Origin: Hyphochytrium catenoides
Taxonomy: Eukaryota > Protista > Hyphochytriomycota
Reading direction: 5' to 3'
Assembly (NCBI GenBank): GCA_900088475.1
Contig: FLMG01002728.1
Coordinates: forward strand, 1-43,448
Length of the DNA stretch: 43,448 nt
Shown: positions 36,221 through 43,448 of the stretch, in pieces
Layout: each line of letters opens with the position of its first letter
Position numbering within the stretch: position 1 is the first letter of the stretch
Position numbers and translations under genes: made by a program
The notes under the pieces: generated by a model
Seen by the model: the letters and a program-made list of their open reading frames with translations, nothing else
Database searches by the model: none
What the model was told of the DNA's origin: nothing

Positions 36221-38552
36221 CAGTCAAAGACGGCCTAGGATCTAGGGGGACCCGTGAATGTTTTGGTAAGGAGTTTTCTCTTCTCTATAATCTCTGTTCT
36301 CCCTTCTCCCGCTCTTCTTTTTTACCTTTTCTCTCTCTCTCTCTCTCTCTCACACTCTCTCTCTACATATATATATGGTGGTCTCTTTCTTTCGGCTTAC
36401 CATTTCAGGTACTTCGTGGGCTGGTGTCCTCTGGGAAAGAAGAATAAGTGAAAAGGAGTCGCGTTCAGCTCGTCTGCCTGCGCATGAAGCCAGTCATAGG
36501 TCAGAAGAGGAGAAGAGAGAGTAGAAGAGAGATGGTTCCTCTTTTCTCTCTCCTCTCTCTCCTGCTCTGCCGTTGTCCAATGTTCAAAGGCAGGGACAAC
36601 GTAAGCTGTCTTCTTTTCCTTCTCTCTTCTCTCTTCTTCATCAGTCCTTCTCTCTGTGCTATTGCCTCTGTTCTCTAGACGAGAGGAAAGAGAAGAAGAG
36701 GAGAGAGAGAGAAGGAGGGACTGGTACAAGCCATGACTGGGGCGAAAGTCAACATCTAAGAGAAAAACGTGACTTGTCGTGGCTCCCTCGAGAGCCACAT
36801 TCCTCAGGCGATTGATTGGATAGAGAGAGAACCATTCGCGAAGGTTTCTCTCTTCATCTTTCTCTCTCTCCTCTTCTTTCCTTCCACTCTTGTTTCTCTC
36901 TTTCTCCCTTGGTTCCTCCAAGAAAAGACGCATGTCCAGGCGACAGCTGTCCGCCGAAGCCTGTCACGAGGAGAGAGAGAGAGAAAGAGGAAGACAACAA
37001 GAGGGAGAAAGGAGAAAGAAACGAGAAGGAGAGAAACACGGGGAGAAACCAGAAAAAATGGAGCGAACAAGGAACATAAAAGAAGTCGAGGAGAGGAAGA
37101 GAGAGAAGGAGAGAGGAGAGAGAGAGTTATTAGAAGAGATGTCTTGAGGAACAGAGAGACGAACTAAAGAGGAGACAGGGAACGACATAAGCGGAGACTC
37201 AGAGGAACAGAGAGAAATCTAGAGAGAAAGGAGATGAGAGAGGAGACATGGCGGAGCCCCCCAAAAAAAGGTATTTACTGAGGGAAAAGAGGACAGAGAC
37301 AGGAAAAGAGAGGAGGAAGAGAGTAGGGGGAGAGAGAGAAATAGAGAGAGTTCAGGGAAGAGAGAAAGCAGGAAAAAGAGAGGAAAACAGGGGAAACAAG
37401 AGGAGAGAGAGGGTGGGGCCAGAGAGACTCAGGTAGAGGAAGGAGGAGAAGAGAGACAGCGGAAGAATGCGAGATGGAAAGAGAGAGAGAGAGAGAGAAA
37501 TGAGAAGGTGTAGAAGAGAAAGACAGAGAGAAAAGAGAGAGAGAGAGCAGTTATCTACCTCCATCTCTTCATGAAGGGTCTTTGCTTCCTTGAAAATGAA
37601 CGAGAAACTCTCTGCTGATGGAACATAAACCGCAACAGACAGAGGTCCGGGCCACCTAGGAAATATAAGGAGAAGGGAGAAAGAGATATTTAGCTGAGAC
37701 CGCAGGAAGCAAAGTAACAGAGGGAACATGGCTCAAAGGAAGAGAGAGACACAGAGAGAGAGAGAGAGCCAGAGCAGAATAAAAGCCTACGAGACGAAGA
37801 GCAGACATATTGGCTGACAATAAGAGAAGAGGAGGGAAGAGGAGAAATAAGAGACAGAGAAGAGATGAGCAAGACGCAGACAGAGAGAGTGAGAGCAAAG
37901 TAAAAGCCCCACAAGAAGAAGAGCAGACATATAGGCTGACAATAAGAGCTAGAGGAGGGAAGAGGAGAAATAAGAGAGAGAGAAGAGGAAGAGAAGAAGG
38001 GAAAGAGAGAGAGACCAGCTGGACGTTAGAGAGAGAGACCAGTTGGACGTTGGTCCGGTACCTGAGGCACATGCTCCGTAGGTTGTCTAGTCTGTCAACG
38101 GAGCACTGCGTGACAATGGTGACATCCTTGCGCTGATCCTGCATGTCTCTCTCCTTCTCTCTTCCTCCTGATCTTCTTTGTCTCTCTCTTTCCTCTCTCT
38201 TCCCATCTTTTCTTCTCTTCGACTCCTTCTTACTCTGCAGTTCTTCAAAGTCAAAGATGTGGCCCAGAGGAGGGGAGAGAGATACTACACAAGAAGAAAA
38301 TGGGGGAGAAAGAGAGTGCCGGGTCGCAGTGTCGTTCCTTTTCTCCCTTTCCTTTGCCGGATTGACAGGAAGAGAAGAAGAAGAGGAGGAAAAGGCTCTC
38401 TCTCCATGTCTTTCTCTTCTTGACCCTCGCGTTTCTCCAAGAGGGGAGACAGGCAGCGAAGCTGTAGACTGAGAAGAAGAGAGTAGTGAAGAAGAAGACA
38501 CGAATAAAAGAAGAGAAGAAACGACCAGGAGAGAAACAGGCGAGGGAGCCAT
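34720..38552 (-). CDS. Glycosyltransferase family 49 (LARGE glucuronyltransferase domain / B4GAT1-like), 5 exons, ~543 aa
   Basis: Minus-strand exons 38552-38062, 37655-37559, 36960-36401, 35910-35763, 35055-34720, phases consistent. N-terminal signal/anchor, then GT49 motifs DVTIVTQCSVDRL..RWPGPLSVAVY, YPINRLRNVA, VFLLDVDFRPS (DxD), AYVVPAFE, GHQPTKYLKW, YEPYIV..PFYDGRFRGYGLNKIQ, GFSFVVYP. Confidence 0.9.
37800..38052. repeat. Local direct duplications inside intron 1 of the GT49 gene
   Basis: gagcagacatat..gctgacaataagag..gaggaggg.aagaggagaaataagaga occurs at about 37800 and 37921. gagagagaccag.tggacgtt occurs twice at about 38008 and 38032. Confidence 0.8.
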
Positions 38553-38876
38553 GGTGAAGATAGAAGTTGGAGACAGACAACGAAGAGAGAGGGAAGATCT
38601 AGAGCTGGGGCAGGGACTGGCAGGCGGCGGGGGCGGGGAGCAGACAACAGGGGAGAGACAATCTTCTCTTTTCTCTAGCTCTTTTCACTCTTCTCTAGTG
38701 ATGAGACGAGGCAATGGACGAGAGAAGACACAAGCCAACTGATCAGGAGCACTGTCGGGAGCAGTTAAGGCGAGAGGAGGGAAAGCGCAGAAGAATGTAC
38801 GAGGCAGGAGGGGATACCCCGATGAGGCCATGAATCGGCAAGTTGAAGCTCTATTGACGCTCACCACGGGCCAGAG

Positions 38877-38929
<53 letters not shown>

Positions 38930-40066
38930 GAGAACGAGAGAGAGAGAGAGAGAGAGACAGAGACTGAGACAGAGAGAGAGAGGGAGAGAGAGAAAAGGAA
39001 AAAAGAGGTCAGTGTACTAAGAAAGCTTCCATCAGCGAACATCCTGCTAGCACCATCCGCATTCGGAATACCCTGTCCTAGTATCCCTGAATAGCAAGCC
39101 CATTTATCGTGAAGGTTATGAAGAGACAACTGTAGCCCCCCAGGTCACCGTAATGGGCCGTTCCTGTAAATACCCATAAAATACAGCTGGTCTAGAATAA
39201 TAGCTAATGTTATGACTTATATCAGGAATCTGGTCACGATCGAGACCCAGATGAAGAAGAGTTACATGTAGAGAGAGAGACAGAGAGAGAACTTATGAGG
39301 GAAATAGGAAATGAGAGAGGACGAGAGAGAGAGAGAGAAAGAGAGAGCAAGAGCGAGAGAGAGAAGAGGGGACGAGGGAGAGAAAAAGAGAGAGAGAGAG
39401 CACATACAGTTTTACAGTTTGAACCAACAGGAGAGAGGCTTTGGGGACGGAGCCCAAGACTCGATATGAAGAGAGAGAGAGAGAGAGAGAATGGATTTCA
39501 TAAGAAGTCTTCACTTCAACCTCTTTCTTCATCTGCAAACATGAACCTGTTCTGTCTTTCTTCTCTCTCCTGCTCGCTCTCTCTGTCTGGATCTTCTTCT
39601 TCTCTACCACCTACAGTTCTGATTAGTGCGTGCTGGCACCACTCTTCCTTCTCTCTTTGTTAGGCTCTTTTGTTCCTCGTTGTTGAACGGCTGGGTGGCC
39701 TGCATGTGTCCCATCAGCGTTGAGGCAGAAGAGAGAGAGAGAGAAGGTATGCATTATATGCAAGGCATACTATTCTAGTATCATAATATAGCATAATATT
39801 ATAGGCAAGGCTGCCTTTATTAGAGGTAAGTTGTCTATGAGTTGTATGTACAATTGAAGTATGGCCCAGGCACAGGCGGGGCGGCGGACCTTTGCTTGCG
39901 AAGAGAACCGCTCTCTTCTTCTGAGCCGACTCTTCACGCCTCTGATGCTGGTTAGAGAGTGCTAGGCGAGCGCTACGAAGGTGTTATAAGGAATGTACAG
40001 CAGAGGCTTTCGTCAACAAGCAGCATCGTTGATTGATGACCCGAGCTGCCCGATCCTCCGCTCCGC

Positions 40067-41023
40067 TCATCCCGAGAAGAGTGAGAGGAGACACTCCACA
40101 AGACCATCAGCTCCCGAAGCAAGAGCGTCTGCCCCAGTAGAAGCCAATTCTCCTAAGGCTTCTCCCAGTCCTTCTCCTACAGCTCCCAGGTCGAGGTCGC
40201 CTCCTCCCAGCCCTTCTCCTAGAGCCCCCAGATCAAGTTCACCTCCTCGTCCTCCTCCTGAATCGCTGCATGCTGCTATCGCCGCTCCCAAGAGACCGTT
40301 GTCAGAGGTACCACTGCCGATCCCTATTCCTCCTACATACGTCGAAGAAGCTGCATTGGGAGCCTCGCGAAGCCATAAGTCGATGCACGTGAAGTCGAAC
40401 GAGGAGGCAGAGAGGTCACAGGAGACTTTACTTCTCGAGCGATGCTGACACTCCTTTCGAGTGCACCTGAGTCCAACTGCTGCCGTGATTATACAGCGGT
40501 AGACTAACAAGTGACCGGCCTTGCAATGGTAGCTAGGGTTTTGGGCTGAGGCACAGGCAGGGCAGTAGAAAGTGTATCCGATCCCTACGCAGCCGTCGAC
40601 ACAGGCCAAGCTGTAGCAGTGATCCGTCTTACAGAGGCACACCGAACAGATTCACGGATGGCGCCCTTCTCAGGGGACGATAGAACTACTCTATAATCGA
40701 CAGTCCAGCATGGCAATGTTGAGATGATATTCTTCAGCTCGGCAGCCAGCAGCACAGCACAGTGCCCTGAGTGTCCAGGTGGAGGCTCCACTAATTTATC
40801 CCTTTCCACCGTGGGCAACCGACGAGCGCCGCGACCTCTGCGGGCCGGCAGCATCTTCGACAATGACTGTCGTAGAATATGGAGATAAGAGAAAGAGAGA
40901 GAGGGGAACTAAGAGAGAAAGAAGAGAGAGAGGACATACACTCGTTGTGGCTCCGCATCTCCATGGCCACAGTTATCCTTCAGCAGCAGCATCAAGCTTG
41001 TCAATAACCTGTCATCATCCATA
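40067..41023 (-). pseudogene. Possible decayed gene: Cys-rich (zinc-finger-like) segment with Gly-rich tail, preceded by a small GT-AG intron
   Basis: Minus-strand frame 40642-40067 has C..GH.L...C...C...C...FD..C spacing and a GGDLDLGAVGEGLG tail. A plausible 73-nt intron lies at 40939-40867 (GTATGT..pyrimidines..ACAG). No continuous frame can be built because of a stop and frameshift near 40650. Confidence 0.3.
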
Positions 41024-42166
41024 TGGAAGCTCAAGCTCCAAATGGTAGACTTTCTTCTCCATCTACTCCTTCTCAGTGACATTGCGTTCTCTCTCTCTCG
41101 CTCTCTGCTCTTTTGATCAGCTCTCTCTCTTCCGTTGCTCCAGACAGGAGGAAGGCATTTCTGGAAAGCGCCAGTCCCATCATTGGGACACCTAACCCAG
41201 CCATTCTCAGGGAGACAAACAAAGAGAGAGAGAGCAGGGAAGGGCTCATCAGGTGATGGAGACGGAGTATCCCTCCCTGTCCGGTATTCTCTCTCCTTTT
41301 CCTCTTCTGTTCTCGATTAGAATACTGTTCTTCAATGTCCGAAGAAAACAACGTGGGGTTAAGGAACAGAGAGAAGCCAGAGAGAACTTAGCGATAAGGT
41401 AAAGGAAGAGGAAAGAGATGAGAAGCATGTCTCGTCTCTCTTCTTCTTCTTCTTGGTGCTCCTTGCTTCCTGCCAGAGGGCGCTACCACCTGACAGCAGC
41501 AACGCAAACATCCGCGCAACAGAGGCAACAAGCTGCGCGTGAAGAAGACAGAGGCCGTCTCTCTCTTTCTTTCTCTCTCTCTCGCGCTCTCTTACTCTCT
41601 CTCTCTCTCTTGTGGCCAAAGAACCCCACCGAGCTGCGGTGGTCGACCTGGCTGGTCCTCTAAGTGCCTTGCTCTGTTGTGGCTAATAGGACGAAGCTTC
41701 AGACGCTCCGGAGACTTCACATACAGTGCCCGTCTCTTTCTTCTGACAAGAGGCAATGACGAGGGCTAACGAAGATTTCTTGCCCTGGCTTGCCTTACTA
41801 TTAGAGCGGCTGTACGAAAAAGAGGGCAGTGCATCGATGGTCGCAGTGGAGCTGGCTTCATGGTGGACAGCAGAGCCCAGGACCAGCGGCACTTGAGCGG
41901 CACTTCCTCTTGGTAGCGTGGAGATGACAGTGCAGACGGTCATCTGTGAGCTGGCATGGAGGTCACAGCGGTGCCCCAGCAGCCCACCGGGAAAGAGTTT
42001 GAAGCATCTGCTGGGTTAGCTGCTACGATCTCCCATAGATAGAGCAGTGCTTACAGGTTGCCTTTCTGTCGCTGATGCTAGGCTCTTGCTTGAAGCCCAT
42101 CCTCAACGCTTCTGGTGGCGGTTCAGGACATAACGTAAAAGGGAGGGGGCAACAGCAAGGCTTTTG

Positions 42167-42212
<46 letters not shown>

Positions 42213-43258
42213 CTCATTCTCTCTCTCTCTCGTTCCCTCTATCTCTCTTTCTCTATATATCACTCTCCTTTATCTCTCTCTCTCCCCATATCACTCTCTC
42301 CCGATTGAATGGACTGAGTTTATAGACGCCAAAGAGGTCTATTAGCTCACTCGGGCCTATCCCTTTCATCTCTCACTCTCTTAGCTGTTTATGAACCATT
42401 TCTCTCCCTACCCAGCTTTTCCCATTCATCTACTGATCCTTTTCTTCTTCATTTGCCTTCCGGGCGAAATAAGAGAGAGAGAGAAAGAAAGAAAGAAAGA
42501 GAGAAAGAGAGAGGGCCAGAGAGCGAGAGAGAGAGAGAGAAATAGAGAGGGACGCAGGCAATGAAAGTGAGACATAAAAGCGGAACACGGAGAGAGAGCG
42601 AACGGGAGCGGCCGGTCTAAAGAAAAGGAAGAGAGAGAAGACTCTTTCTTGGAGCTGCCAGAAGAATACGGTTCTGTCGTCTCTCAATGGCTGTCTGTTG
42701 GTGCTCCTAAGACCTGCGTTACGAGGAAGAGAGGATGGATGGCTTCCGCAGTTTTTAATCCCAAGTGAAAGAGAAAAGAAAGAAAAGAAGAGAGGAAGAC
42801 GGACGAAAGACAAGAGAGCGAGAGAGAGAGAGAAGAGACAAACAGACAGAGAGAAGGAGAGGAGGGAGAGCAAGGGCCGATTGTTACTGTTTGCTCTACT
42901 AATGTCCTGTTCCTCTCTTCTTCCTCTCTCTCCTCTCTCTTGGTCTCTCCCCTTCCCCTCCCTCTCTCTTTCTTCTTTCTCTCTCTCTCTCTCCTCTCTC
43001 TGTCTCTCTCTCTCCTCTCTCTCTCTCTCCTCTCTCTCTCTCTCCCCTCTCTCTCTCTCTCTTGCCTTGCTCCCTAACCCTGAGCTTCAAAGCTCCGTCT
43101 GAGACAAAGTCAACAAGCGGCAGAAGCTCTTATTAACATTATCACTTTGAGTCTACTCGAGCCAAGCTGAGCTAGAGTTCAGACCACTAAGACACTCTTC
43201 CTTCCCCAAGCTAACAGCTGTCCTACCTCTATAGCCATAGGAAAGTGGCTCCCACACG

Positions 43259-43447
43259 CTACGCGGAAGGCTTGACGGGCGGCACCACTGGCAGTCCTGA
43301 GGTCAGGTTGCTGGTGAGCTCCGCCAGCTGAGCATCTGTCAGCGCAAAATTAAAGAAGAAGAAGGCGGAGAGGTCCATGGACGCTTCACTGGCGAACGCT
43401 GTCGACTGGCCGATCTGCCAGGTGGACAAGCTCCGGTCCGTCAGAGG
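43259..43447 (-). CDS. 3' end of a gene running off the window; C-terminus resembles a LamG/concanavalin-A-like jelly-roll domain
   Basis: Open frame from the window edge, not in the ORF track: PLTDRSLSTWQIGQSTAFASEASMDLSAFFFFNFALTDAQLAELTSNLTSGLPVVPPVKPSA*. The IG.S...MD...F...ALT.AQL pattern matches LamG-like domain ends, and the DNA is complex and free of microsatellite. Confidence 0.6.
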   Translation of the reverse strand, partial: PLTDRSLSTWQIGQSTAFASEASMDLSAFFFFNFALTDAQLAELTSNLTSGLPVVPPVKPSA

Positions 43448-43448
43448 A

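Noticed and set aside
41756-42133. Stop-codon reassignment to explain the interrupted frames
   Set aside because: The well-supported genes end in TAG, TAA and TGA and have no internal stops across more than 5,500 codons, so the standard code applies.
314-43102. The many ORFs rich in SLSL or ERER in the supplied track
   Set aside because: They are translations of (CT)n/(GA)n microsatellite, which lacks stop codons. Most lie in introns or intergenic DNA and many start at TTG or GTG.
1-43448. rRNA, tRNA, transposase, reverse transcriptase or prokaryotic operon features
   Set aside because: None recognised by eye. A tRNAscan-SE, Rfam and RepeatModeler run would be needed to exclude small RNAs and non-autonomous elements.

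Overview
Eukaryotic DNA, probably from a protist or alga (taxon not determinable here), saturated with (CT)n/(GA)n microsatellite and carrying GT-AG spliceosomal introns. Most ORFs in the supplied track (SLSLS.../ERERE...) are artefacts of that repeat. By hand I can build four complete genes and one partial gene with fully consistent splice phases. (1) 1279-2253 +: intronless, secreted, probably GPI-anchored protein with one copy of an unrecognised ~190-aa NIDO-like domain. (2) 7102-27648 +: 31-exon, ~3,493-aa polycystin-1-like surface protein. It has three copies of the same domain, two NHL propellers, REJ, EGF, a GAIN/GPS with a degenerate cleavage site and five TM helices, but no PLAT and no channel part. 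(3) 29124-34023 +: 3-exon, ~1,193-aa ARM-SAM-SAM-(SAM)-TIR protein with the TIR catalytic Glu intact, i.e. SARM1-like architecture. (4) 38552-34720 -: 5-exon GT49 (LARGE/B4GAT1-like) glycosyltransferase. (5) 43259-43447 -: 3' end of a probable LamG/ConA-like domain gene cut by the window edge. The best candidates for new biology are the SARM1-like TIR protein and the pair of surface proteins that share the new domain. Many introns also have GA-rich 5' halves complementary to CT-rich 3' halves. All domain calls come from motif recognition by eye; no searches were run.
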